64,000 nt of DNA from a virus. Lineage: Duplodnaviria > Caudoviricetes. The notes below the pieces were generated by a model that ran no database searches, had not been told where the DNA came from, and saw only the letters and a program-made list of their open reading frames with translations. A program made the position numbers and the translations under genes. The stretch covers positions 96,001-160,000 of the IMG/VR virus record IMGVR_UViG_3300027914_001163; one strand, 5' to 3'. Every line of letters begins with the position of its first letter. Positions within the stretch are counted from its first letter, which is position 1. Positions 44,052-53,407 of this stretch are shown in pieces.

Positions 44052-44311
44052 CGGTAACAGAACAAGAAATCAAATGTTATGAATACATCAATGCCGTGCG
44101 TGATGTTGAGAGTTTACCGCCAGGGTTATACAGGGCTGACGCTGAACGAGAACGCATACACAATGAACTGTGCGAGTTATTTGGACTTTCAAAAGAGCAA
44201 ACAAAGAAATATACTACTGATCTTGACAAAATAGATTATAACGGAACTGAGTTATATTTTCTATTATTGAAACTGAAAAGGAACAAACATGGAAAACAAA
44301 AAACCAAGTGA
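44048..44311 (+). CDS. hypothetical protein
   Basis: Coupled ORF. Confidence 0.6.
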   Translation: MTVTEQEIKCYEYINAVRDVESLPPGLYRADAERERIHNELCELFGLSKEQTKKYTTDLDKIDYNGTELYFLLLKLKRNKHGKQKTK

Positions 44312-44693
44312 CTGTCATCATCAACATTGCTTTCCGGCTCCTGACTGCGAAGGATGCGAATGGGTTGTAAAATCCCTTGACGGATATATCCTGGTAAAGA
44401 ATTTAAAAAGTGGAACCAATGTCTGGAAGAAGAGAAATGAGGCTGGCGGATGGTGTTACTATGGAGAGAGTTGCGGAATCCTGGCGCAGTTGTGGGATGA
44501 TTGTATAGGAACGATTGAAGAACTCAAAGCCGTCATGCATGATGTACACAGTTGCTCCGGTTGCCAGATGAAAAAGCAATCTGGTCTGGATGCATTACGC
44601 CGTTGTCCATCATGTGAGAGACTTCCAGTGTTTCAAGATTTATATATTCCAGAGGAGGACGATAATGCCAAGCCCCAACACAATGATGATTGA
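44289..44693 (+). CDS. hypothetical Cys-rich protein
   Basis: AAGGA RBS. Confidence 0.6.
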   Translation: MENKKPSDCHHQHCFPAPDCEGCEWVVKSLDGYILVKNLKSGTNVWKKRNEAGGWCYYGESCGILAQLWDDCIGTIEELKAVMHDVHSCSGCQMKKQSGLDALRRCPSCERLPVFQDLYIPEEDDNAKPQHNDD

Positions 44694-45040
44694 TATTATA
44701 ATTCTTAAAAAGATAGAAGAGGCATCCATTAAGTTTCACGCTTTCTATGGTCAACCTCCATTCATGATTATCTTCAATCCCATCTTTAAAGATCGTTTGA
44801 ATGTTGCTTCACTTGTAAAAAATCAGGATTGTTGCCGGAAGAGGATTTAACATGCTCGTTAATGGAACAGCCTAATTTCTCTGTAAATGCTGTGTCTTTC
44901 TTGGGCAAGTGTGACAACTACGATCCGATGAAATATTAAGACAGAAATCGTGACAATTAAATTGTCAAAAATGACTTAACTCCTCGAAAAATCAGAACTT
45001 ACATTTGACAATTTAACGGACAAAAACACCACTGTTTTTG

Positions 45041-45286
45041 TCAAGCTGCCATCTCTTCTCTATCAATCTGATCCTGGCGCACTTCCTGCATTGTTTTAAT
45101 GCGTCCACCTTTCATGGCGTGTTTATTACACATCCAGCAACCGCAAGTGAGATTATGCTTTCGCAACATTCCAGTTTTCTCATCGGTAAAGGCGAAGTCT
45201 TCCATTTGCCAGATGTATTTTATTATGCGCTTGCGTTTTGCTATGATGCGGTTATTTTGGTGTCTGCGATAAGCTCTGGAAGTCAT
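45041..45286 (-). CDS. small basic protein
   Basis: MTSRAYRRH...CGCWMCN, GGGAG RBS. Confidence 0.6.
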   Translation of the reverse strand: MTSRAYRRHQNNRIIAKRKRIIKYIWQMEDFAFTDEKTGMLRKHNLTCGCWMCNKHAMKGGRIKTMQEVRQDQIDREEMAA

Positions 45287-45419
45287 AGTGTATCTCCCGA
45301 AGTATTCTGGCATATTCTCCATCTTCATGCTCCCTCAACAGTTTTCGAAACTCAGCCTCCGGCATTTCACGGAGTTTCTTGGCCGTCTCTGCAATTTCCC
45401 GTTTCATTTTTGGTGTCAT
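45252..45419 (-). CDS. small hypothetical protein
   Basis: Start MTPKMK follows the upstream stop. Confidence 0.5.
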   Translation of the reverse strand: MTPKMKREIAETAKKLREMPEAEFRKLLREHEDGEYARILREIHYDFQSLSQTPK

Positions 45420-45420
45420 G

Positions 45421-45789
45421 CTACGTTCCCCATTTCGTATTATAAGCCGGTTCGAAGTCCTTATAATAATCATAGAACAGAACTTTTGTCAAGAGTTCTG
45501 ATTGAATTTTTTCTTTTACTTTTTTAAAAATTGTCTGATCGCTTGGGGTTTTGAATACTATTCCAGTCCAATCTCCATCTACCTCAGTTCTGAGCCTGAA
45601 GTTGAATAAGACATTTTCTATATCCTTGGAGGTAACTCTGTTCACGCCGAATTCCTTCAGGATAGATTCTATTTTATTATAATCCGTATCTGAATGTTTC
45701 TTATTAAAAAGAACGACATACGTTTTAATTCTATTAGTGTCAGGCGTGTTATGAACTGCTTCGAGATACTTCTGAAAGTTTCCTGTCAT
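45421..45789 (-). CDS. putative internal head protein (CTS-like leader)
   Basis: MTGNFQKYLEAVH (start adjusted). Confidence 0.7.
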   Translation of the reverse strand: MTGNFQKYLEAVHNTPDTNRIKTYVVLFNKKHSDTDYNKIESILKEFGVNRVTSKDIENVLFNFRLRTEVDGDWTGIVFKTPSDQTIFKKVKEKIQSELLTKVLFYDYYKDFEPAYNTKWGT

Positions 45790-45890
45790 TTTCTTCCACC
45801 AACGATACCAGAATATCATACTCACGATCATCAAAACAGAAAAAATTCTTAAAGATGTCTCTCAACATTTTCTCTGATACAGTTTCTTTC

Positions 45891-47903
45891 TTAATCATTA
45901 TAGGCGAAGCAATCTGAAAGACCGGTAAATTCTCCATTGAGTTCCAACTCCTCATAAGATACATGATGTTTCCTGACATATTTTGTCGTTTCTTTTTCTT
46001 CCTTTTGCATAAGAATAACTTTCTGTTGTTCTTCTACCATCTCGTTTATCATGGTTACCAGTTTATTCTTCTTCTGCAAGGCTTCACTGTAATTTTGTTT
46101 CTTGTCGATTGAGAACATTGGAACATACTCTGCCGTCTCAGGAGCCGGTCCCAGTTGTCCGGCTACGTCTGGCGGAATGGGTGTAGGTCCGGGGGCTGTG
46201 CCTTCTTCGCCTGGTGCTGGAGTTCCTGCCTCTCCTCCTGCGGGAGCCGGTGGTGCGCCTCCTCCTGCCGGTACTCCACCGCCTGGTGCGCCCTCTCCTT
46301 CTGCTGGCGGCGGTGTCATCTCTGCTAAGTCTTCTGATCCTTCTGGTCTTTCTTCTTCTGGCAACGCTTCGAAGATGTTCTTACCGGCCTGTTGGAGTTG
46401 CGCCAGTTTCAACCATTCAACTATTTCTTCATCAGAAAGTTTAAGAACATCCTGATAGATTTTGTAATCAGGAATAAAGACGGATTCAGCATTGAGAGAC
46501 TTCATGTTCATTATCAAACCCCACCTTGAGGTTTCAATTTCAATGCGTTCTTTCTCGTCAATGTTGGATGGGTTATTCATCGTTAAAACAAGTTCATCGA
46601 ATACACGGCTGCTGTATCCATTAAGGCGGAGTTCGATGTAGGCCAGTTTATACATTTGATATAAGAAACAACGCTGAATCCGTCTGATTTTTTTCGCAAA
46701 TGGTTTTGACTTACTTGAAAGATTTGTATTTGCATTGGCGAAAGTGTCATCATATAAATATTGTCGAGGAACACCAACACCAGGAAATATTTTATCTCGA
46801 ATAAATTCAAGATCACCAACGTCACCAGGATTATTTAACTGATCGAGAGTGGTTATGCTATGTCCTTCATCTCCGGCACGTTTTGGAATAACAATATCTT
46901 CAACTGTTCCAAAGATGTCACGTTGATAGTCAATTTTGTTTTTACTGTATATATCGAGTTTACGTTTGTTTCTGAAATTATCCATTACCTGTTTAGCGTA
47001 TTTCATTGCTGATTCACCTTGGAGTGTACCAACATTTATATTGAAGATACGGCGTTCGGGAGCACGAGTAATCCTGGCGATCAACAACGACTTCTCCATC
47101 ATACTTATCATTTCAATCGAAGAAAGAACACTATCGATAACGGCTTCTCCATAAATGCCATATTGCGATGATGGAATTCTAAAGTGAAGCATACGGAATG
47201 GATAGAATCGTTTATTTTCTTTCTCATATTCTGTTTGATAGTTTACGGTGTATGCAAAATATGACAATGTGTTGGTGTCTCTCATTTCAACGTCAGATAC
47301 TTCAAATCCAAGAAGGTTTCCATTCTTTTCAACACGGAGAATAAACTGCCTGGGGAGATGAATGAGTTTAAGAATCCTTTTAAGACTTTGAGATATTACC
47401 ACTTCCCAAAAGTCATCACCGTAACCGCACATGTCTTTGATAATTCCCCATGCTTTGTCGTTTATCCCAAGGCGAGAATACATCTTATCAAGCAGCTCAA
47501 CAACTTCTTCCTGCGGGTGGACAACATGAAGTATTTCGCCGTCCTGATCTTCTGTGGTGGCTTCGTCAGCATGGATATTGAGTACACCGACGATCTCAGG
47601 GTGCTTCTGCGCTTCTTGGAGACGATTGTAACGCAGTCTCCGCTCTCCAACACGTTCTTCCTGCTGATAAATATGTCCGATCAGTTCATTGACTGATACA
47701 GCCCCAAGCGCATTGATCTTGTCGTCCAGGCCGTACAACTGAAGAGGTATGTTGTCTGGCGATTGGATGAGCATATTCGCCATGCCGGAGATTTCAGAGT
47801 CAGAAGGAGAAATCTTTAACTTGCGATCAATCCGTTTCCAGAGGTACTTAATTTCCTGTGGGGTAATTTCTGTATTATTGGAAGTAATTGTTGGTTCGGC
47901 CAT
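45891..47903 (-). CDS. portal protein (T4 gp20-like)
   Basis: MEKSLLIARITRAPERRIFNINVG, EDIVIP.R, F.K.I.R.Q; start moved to MAEPT. Confidence 0.92.
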   Translation of the reverse strand: MAEPTITSNNTEITPQEIKYLWKRIDRKLKISPSDSEISGMANMLIQSPDNIPLQLYGLDDKINALGAVSVNELIGHIYQQEERVGERRLRYNRLQEAQKHPEIVGVLNIHADEATTEDQDGEILHVVHPQEEVVELLDKMYSRLGINDKAWGIIKDMCGYGDDFWEVVISQSLKRILKLIHLPRQFILRVEKNGNLLGFEVSDVEMRDTNTLSYFAYTVNYQTEYEKENKRFYPFRMLHFRIPSSQYGIYGEAVIDSVLSSIEMISMMEKSLLIARITRAPERRIFNINVGTLQGESAMKYAKQVMDNFRNKRKLDIYSKNKIDYQRDIFGTVEDIVIPKRAGDEGHSITTLDQLNNPGDVGDLEFIRDKIFPGVGVPRQYLYDDTFANANTNLSSKSKPFAKKIRRIQRCFLYQMYKLAYIELRLNGYSSRVFDELVLTMNNPSNIDEKERIEIETSRWGLIMNMKSLNAESVFIPDYKIYQDVLKLSDEEIVEWLKLAQLQQAGKNIFEALPEEERPEGSEDLAEMTPPPAEGEGAPGGGVPAGGGAPPAPAGGEAGTPAPGEEGTAPGPTPIPPDVAGQLGPAPETAEYVPMFSIDKKQNYSEALQKKNKLVTMINEMVEEQQKVILMQKEEKETTKYVRKHHVSYEELELNGEFTGLSDCFAYND

Positions 47904-47989
47904 AAATTTTCCTATTCTTTTTGGTGAAGTCGTTATAATATACAATTATATTAGATCGTTTTACAAAAAAGGACTTAAAAAAAGGCCAA

Positions 47990-48409
47990 ATGAAAGTATT
48001 GGAATTTTATCTCGAAGCATCACGGCCAACTCGATTGAATGAACTTCGCAAATGGAAAATGGAAATAAGTTACAGCGGTTATTGGCATAGAAGTTGGAGA
48101 AAGAGACTCGAAATTGACAATCCAATTGAAGAAGTTCCTGAACTCGATGAGAGAGTTCATAAATCGTTAATGGATAAAATAACCGCTCTATTAAAAGAAT
48201 ATAATATTGAAAATATTCAAGAAATTCCAAGAGGTTCTTTAGCAGACAGCAACGAAAGAAAAGTTAGAATGGACTACGATATTATTTTCAGGACAACTTT
48301 CAAAAACGCCATTGAGATACGAAGCAAAGTTCAACACCTTCTTGACGATGAAGAATTTTCAATACAGGGTTGGAGTTTAGATGGCGTACACAATTATTAC
48401 GAAAATTAA
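47990..48409 (+). CDS. putative internal head protein (CTS-like leader)
   Basis: MKVLEFYLEA. Confidence 0.7.
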   Translation: MKVLEFYLEASRPTRLNELRKWKMEISYSGYWHRSWRKRLEIDNPIEEVPELDERVHKSLMDKITALLKEYNIENIQEIPRGSLADSNERKVRMDYDIIFRTTFKNAIEIRSKVQHLLDDEEFSIQGWSLDGVHNYYEN

Positions 48410-48426
48410 ATTACAGGAGAAATATA

Positions 48427-48831
48427 ATGTCATCAAGATTTAGGGAATATCTCGAAAAAACATACTCAGAAGAAGGCGAAGAACCAGAAGAGGGCGGAGC
48501 GAATCTTCCTGCTGTCCGTGGCGGTATGGGACGTGAAATGATGGGGAGAGCAACCGGCTTTCCTCATGAACTGCAAGTTAAACTGATGAGTGAAATGAAA
48601 CATCTCCAGAGCCAACCGCATAAGTATCTCAGGATGATGAACGACCTCATGCCAATCATGATGAAACTTCAAGGTGGTGAATTTCTCAAGCCAGCCGAAG
48701 CCGAAGAATTCCTGAATAAATATAAAGAGTTCGACAAGGACGTAAACAATCCTCGGTACTTCAAACTGCTGAAAGAATTCTTGACTACTGGAAACTGGAA
48801 CTTTGCCAAATTTAAAGGTGATGTTCGGTAA
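48427..48831 (+). CDS. putative internal head protein (CTS-like leader)
   Basis: MSSRFREYLE, AGGAG RBS. Confidence 0.7.
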   Translation: MSSRFREYLEKTYSEEGEEPEEGGANLPAVRGGMGREMMGRATGFPHELQVKLMSEMKHLQSQPHKYLRMMNDLMPIMMKLQGGEFLKPAEAEEFLNKYKEFDKDVNNPRYFKLLKEFLTTGNWNFAKFKGDVR

Positions 48832-49193
48832 TGAATCTTTCTCGTTATCTCGAAGCAAAACACGCCGCAGAAAAACTTGAACGATATACCAGATACGAAC
48901 TGGACATGACCAATTATTCTGCCAATTATCATCTTAATTGGAAAGAATTTATTGATCGTGATATTCAAGAAGTAATGAAATTTTTAAAAGAGAACGGCGC
49001 ACTGGATGTGAAGTTTGCCATGAAAGGAAAAATGGCTTCATCGGGAGCTGCAAACTTTATTATCGATTTTAAATCTGCGCCCTCTGTTGTGGCAAAGTTT
49101 CTTGATGTCATACGAGATAACATGCCTGGTTGGAGTGTTAACATTTATGATAAATATCAAAATGTAAACATAGTGGAGTTGCTTTCATTATGA
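48831..49193 (+). CDS. putative internal head protein (CTS-like leader)
   Basis: MNLSRYLEAKH. Confidence 0.7.
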   Translation: MNLSRYLEAKHAAEKLERYTRYELDMTNYSANYHLNWKEFIDRDIQEVMKFLKENGALDVKFAMKGKMASSGAANFIIDFKSAPSVVAKFLDVIRDNMPGWSVNIYDKYQNVNIVELLSL

Positions 49194-49534
49194 GTTTAAA
49201 ATATTATCTTGAGGCAGTACATAAAACTCCTGGTAGAATACGCAGATTCCTTTTGGGAATGGATAACTTAGCAAAAGGAGATCACATAAATGAAAAATTT
49301 CAAACAAAGGCTATAGAAAAAACAATTCAACTATTAAATAGTCTTAAAGTGTTGGATGTACGGCTGACTGACCGAAGCAACCTGAAAGATATTTTTTATC
49401 CTTATTTTGGAATATCATTTCGAGCATCGATGGACATGCTTCATAAGATAGATAAAACATTAAGATTACAAATGAATGATTGGATCACATCATACACAGA
49501 CGAAGAAAATAAGCGAACTGTTTACCCTGATTAA
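49190..49534 (+). CDS. putative internal head protein (CTS-like leader)
   Basis: MSLKYYLEAVH. Confidence 0.7.
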   Translation: MSLKYYLEAVHKTPGRIRRFLLGMDNLAKGDHINEKFQTKAIEKTIQLLNSLKVLDVRLTDRSNLKDIFYPYFGISFRASMDMLHKIDKTLRLQMNDWITSYTDEENKRTVYPD

Positions 49535-49547
49535 ACGGAGATAGATC

Positions 49548-51161
49548 ATGTTTAACATATATCTTGAGTATTTGTACAACGAAGCCAAAGAAGCACTCAT
49601 CGCAAAAATGCCTTGGGATGATGAACAAAAAAAAGCTGTTCAAGAACTTGTCAATAAATATCCTCAGAAAGCAAGCAAGATAGATTGGAATAACAAAGCA
49701 CTCACCGCCGATCAAGCCTTAACTGTACTCAGAGAAGAAAGTAAAAAGGATGTTAAAAAGCAAATTCGCCAGGGCATACCAGGACTCATAGAGGGAACTG
49801 ACTACATTGAATTCCATGACATACCGAAGCCAAATCACGATGTCAGGGTTTTTTCTCCGCTTAACTACAAGGCTTCATGTGCTATTGGCCGTGGGGCGAA
49901 GTGGTGTACGGCGATGGAGAACAATGCCACTCATTGGAGAAGTTATACCAAGAGGGGTGTGACATTTTTTTACATTCACGACACTTTCGCAAAAAACATG
50001 CAACGTATCGCTGTTTCAGTTGAGCGAAACGGAAATATAAGTATTTTTGATAAACAAGATATTCAATCAATTAAAGCATCTGAATTAAAAGACCTTTTCG
50101 GACTTACACCGCAATGGTTTATAAAACATGTAGCCATAGTTCAAGAAGGAATTAACAAAAACAAAGAACAAAGAAAAGTATCTTCAAAAGGAAAAGAAGT
50201 TGTTTTCGAAGATGATCCGTGGAAAGTGATAGTTTGTGGAGATTTTGAAGCATTCGAAACTCTAACAGATTATTATGATGAAAGCGAATTTGAAGAAAGA
50301 ACAGAAGATGGACCAATTTATCTTTTAAAAGAAAACGACGAGGAAAAGGCTTCTTATCTACTTCATAAGCCATCGTTGGATTTTATCGACCTCACCACTC
50401 CACGAAACCAAAAAGTATATCTCGGTGGTTTGTTTTATGACAACTCCGATCTTAATGGAGTATACGATTTCTTAATGGATGAATGGGATGTTGACACCCA
50501 TCCAATCGACATAGAATTTTCTCTTACAGAAGTAATAAGTGATTTTTATAACGGTAGAGGACACAATGAAGTTCCATCGGCAGTGTTGAAAAGTATTCTC
50601 ATCAATAAAAAGAATTACAAAAAAATGTTCAGTGAATGTTCAGGGGAAATTAAAGAATTCATCGAAGAAAAATATCGCATGGAAGGAATCGACTCCATGA
50701 GCGATGATGATTTGTGGGATTTCGTTAATGGTAAAATAAACCTTTCCGGTGTTGTTAAAACTCTCAAGAAATCAATGGACACGATGTTTGACGAAGCAAA
50801 TGAAAATTCTTTTCCTGGTATATCATACGATGTCGAAAAAAACAGAGCCTTTGTTTATCTTGACGAAGAATACATTTTAAATTACATGCTCGATGATATT
50901 ATCGAGAGAGGGAGACCAGATACATACAACGATCTCCCAAGTCAAATGTTTGAAGGTTATTATTTGTCAGATATTAAAGTTGACGATGTTATCAAAGAAT
51001 ATCTTGAAGCGGGTTATGAAACTCCAGAAGAGTACGCTCATAAACTTCGAGAGAAGGAATACAAGAAAGCCGGTCAAATGAAATTGCCGTTTGGTAGAAG
51101 TAAAAAGAAGAAAGTTATAGCCGAAGATGTAAATATATTTGAAAGATATTTACGAGGTTAA
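49548..51161 (+). CDS. large putative internal protein with WCT-motif domain
   Basis: MFNIYLE..YNEA; ASC.IG..AKWCTA. Confidence 0.75.
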   Translation: MFNIYLEYLYNEAKEALIAKMPWDDEQKKAVQELVNKYPQKASKIDWNNKALTADQALTVLREESKKDVKKQIRQGIPGLIEGTDYIEFHDIPKPNHDVRVFSPLNYKASCAIGRGAKWCTAMENNATHWRSYTKRGVTFFYIHDTFAKNMQRIAVSVERNGNISIFDKQDIQSIKASELKDLFGLTPQWFIKHVAIVQEGINKNKEQRKVSSKGKEVVFEDDPWKVIVCGDFEAFETLTDYYDESEFEERTEDGPIYLLKENDEEKASYLLHKPSLDFIDLTTPRNQKVYLGGLFYDNSDLNGVYDFLMDEWDVDTHPIDIEFSLTEVISDFYNGRGHNEVPSAVLKSILINKKNYKKMFSECSGEIKEFIEEKYRMEGIDSMSDDDLWDFVNGKINLSGVVKTLKKSMDTMFDEANENSFPGISYDVEKNRAFVYLDEEYILNYMLDDIIERGRPDTYNDLPSQMFEGYYLSDIKVDDVIKEYLEAGYETPEEYAHKLREKEYKKAGQMKLPFGRSKKKKVIAEDVNIFERYLRG

Positions 51162-51162
51162 C

Positions 51163-51567
51163 GTGTCCTACTTTCAATACTACATGGAGATGGCTTCCCA
51201 AGGATCAACCTTTCGTGGTTTTCGAACTGAAGATTTTGCAGGAGAGGAATACCGTGACCTCCTGGAAGTTGTTGAACATGAGACTGAGACGTTGGGTAAT
51301 TCCGATATTCCTGACTATCTGAAGAAGCACAAAATAAAAGATTACAAAAAATATATCAACGACATATACAAACAAGGTTATACCGAATGTTTGTGGTTGG
51401 TAAGAAGTCTCAAGCAACTTGAAAAAACATATGTCAGAGAGATGATGAGACACGAAGGGGATTTTGATTATGATGAATATATTATCAAAGACCCTATCAT
51501 TCTTTCAGACGATGAAGAGTTTGGACAACTGGTAGCATATAAACCAAAAAATCTTAAAGGAGTATAA
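51163..51567 (+). CDS. putative internal head protein (CTS-like leader)
   Basis: GTG start gives MSYFQYYME; GAGGT RBS. Confidence 0.65.
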   Translation: MSYFQYYMEMASQGSTFRGFRTEDFAGEEYRDLLEVVEHETETLGNSDIPDYLKKHKIKDYKKYINDIYKQGYTECLWLVRSLKQLEKTYVREMMRHEGDFDYDEYIIKDPIILSDDEEFGQLVAYKPKNLKGV

Positions 51568-51568
51568 C

Positions 51569-53407
51569 ATGAATATATTCACCACCTACATAGAAGCCAA
51601 AGAAGCACTCATTGCGAAGATGCCTTGGAGCGACGATCAGAAAAAAGAAATCCAAGAACTGGTAAACAAATATCCGCAGAAAGCATCGCTCATTGATTGG
51701 AACAAAAAAGACTTGTCAGCGGAACAGGCTTTCTCGGTGTTAAAAGAAGAAAGTAAGAAAGCAGTCAAGAAACAAATCCGCCAGGGCGTACCAGGATTAA
51801 AACAGAACGATGACTATATAGAAATACCGGAAAGTAAATTCCCTGCCGAAGCAAAAGGTAGAGACATCCGTGTATTTATTCCGATGAATCACAAAGCATC
51901 ATGTGCTCTTGGGCGTGAAGCGAAGTGGTGTACGGCGATGGAAAAGGAGCCTGGTCACTGGAATAGTTATACGAAAAAAGGAAAAGTTTTCTTTTACATA
52001 CACAATGATACAGCAGACAATCCAGATATGAAAAAGATTGCAGTTGTATATGATGGCAGTAACAATATTCAAAGTTTTACATCCGCTTGGAATATTAAAG
52101 ATTTGCAGATACGACAAATTACAGTCCAGGAACAAACTGGCTTGACTGACGAATTCTTTAAAAAATATACACAGAATGTCCACGAGACAATAATAAAAAA
52201 AGCGAATGAACGATACGCCAAAGTTTTAAAAAACATACGACACATTTGGAATGACGAATCAGTTACAATATTCTCTCCAGAAAATCGTGAACAATTTGAA
52301 GTCCTCATGGAAGACGGAGAATGGATTTTTGATTTTGATATTCCGCCATTGGTAATTCTTACTAAATCCAATGGTCAGAAATACGGTCTCGATGTTGACA
52401 GGGGTGTTTGGTATGAAATGGAAGGAAATTCTCCTGATTCCACTGTTGACGAAGTTCTTAAAAATAATTCTCCGGCGCAAGTATTTCTGTTTCAGTACAT
52501 ACTTCATAAGCATGGTAATGATTTAAAAAAGAAACTCGAATATGTTTCTCCAAAAGATAAACAGAAAAATATTAAAAGTAATTTCACTGTAAAAGTTGAT
52601 TCGCATTATGATTCTGTAACCATTCATACCTATATTGATTCATTTATGGATTATTTTAATCTTGGTGAAAAACATTTCAACGAATGGATTAAAGGAATGA
52701 TTAATGGAGATGAATTTTTTGATCCAGGCGGAAGCTATCATATGAGTGCTTCAGATATTGAAAGCAGCATCAACAAACAAAACATGGATACTATCAGAAA
52801 GATAATGTCTGATCCTGATCATAACGATGCTCTCAGCACAGATATTGATGATCTGGATGATGGAGAACTTCTTGATTTAATTATGGATAATGATGTTGAT
52901 GATATTATTGATGCATTGAGAACGGCACAATATACCGGCGAGAACACTGGTGCTTTAGATGAGTTTTATAAAAGTGTATATTCTGCCATTGAAGATACTC
53001 CATTCCGCCATCAAAAAAGTGGAGGTTTTACAGCGACATTTAAACCATCAGATGGTATCATGCCTATACTCATGATGCTGTGGAATGGATTTGAAGGATT
53101 GTTTATAACAGAAGAAGACAACGGAGTGTCGGAGCCATTATATAAAATGGATGTCAGTGAACCGCAATACGGATGGTCAGGATTTAGCGACGAAGCATTT
53201 AATGAACGTTTAGCAGAAGAACTCCCTGAACCCAAGACCAAGGCCCAAAAGATGAAAGAAGAGGGTCAAAAAGACCTATTTGATGACCAGGGCAAGCCCA
53301 CCAAAGAGGCCAAGAGACATCCAAAACCCAAGAAGAAAAAAAGGCTTGCCACAAACGAAGATTATACATATAATAACATATTTGATAAATATAGAGGAAT
53401 TTTATAA
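51569..53407 (+). CDS. large putative internal protein with WCT-motif domain
   Basis: MNIFTTYIEA; N-terminal region paralogous to 49548. Confidence 0.75.
   Translation: MNIFTTYIEAKEALIAKMPWSDDQKKEIQELVNKYPQKASLIDWNKKDLSAEQAFSVLKEESKKAVKKQIRQGVPGLKQNDDYIEIPESKFPAEAKGRDIRVFIPMNHKASCALGREAKWCTAMEKEPGHWNSYTKKGKVFFYIHNDTADNPDMKKIAVVYDGSNNIQSFTSAWNIKDLQIRQITVQEQTGLTDEFFKKYTQNVHETIIKKANERYAKVLKNIRHIWNDESVTIFSPENREQFEVLMEDGEWIFDFDIPPLVILTKSNGQKYGLDVDRGVWYEMEGNSPDSTVDEVLKNNSPAQVFLFQYILHKHGNDLKKKLEYVSPKDKQKNIKSNFTVKVDSHYDSVTIHTYIDSFMDYFNLGEKHFNEWIKGMINGDEFFDPGGSYHMSASDIESSINKQNMDTIRKIMSDPDHNDALSTDIDDLDDGELLDLIMDNDVDDIIDALRTAQYTGENTGALDEFYKSVYSAIEDTPFRHQKSGGFTATFKPSDGIMPILMMLWNGFEGLFITEEDNGVSEPLYKMDVSEPQYGWSGFSDEAFNERLAEELPEPKTKAQKMKEEGQKDLFDDQGKPTKEAKRHPKPKKKKRLATNEDYTYNNIFDKYRGIL

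Noticed and set aside
46102-46455. Gly/Pro/Ala-rich plus-strand ORF
   Set aside because: Antisense of the portal's low-complexity linker.
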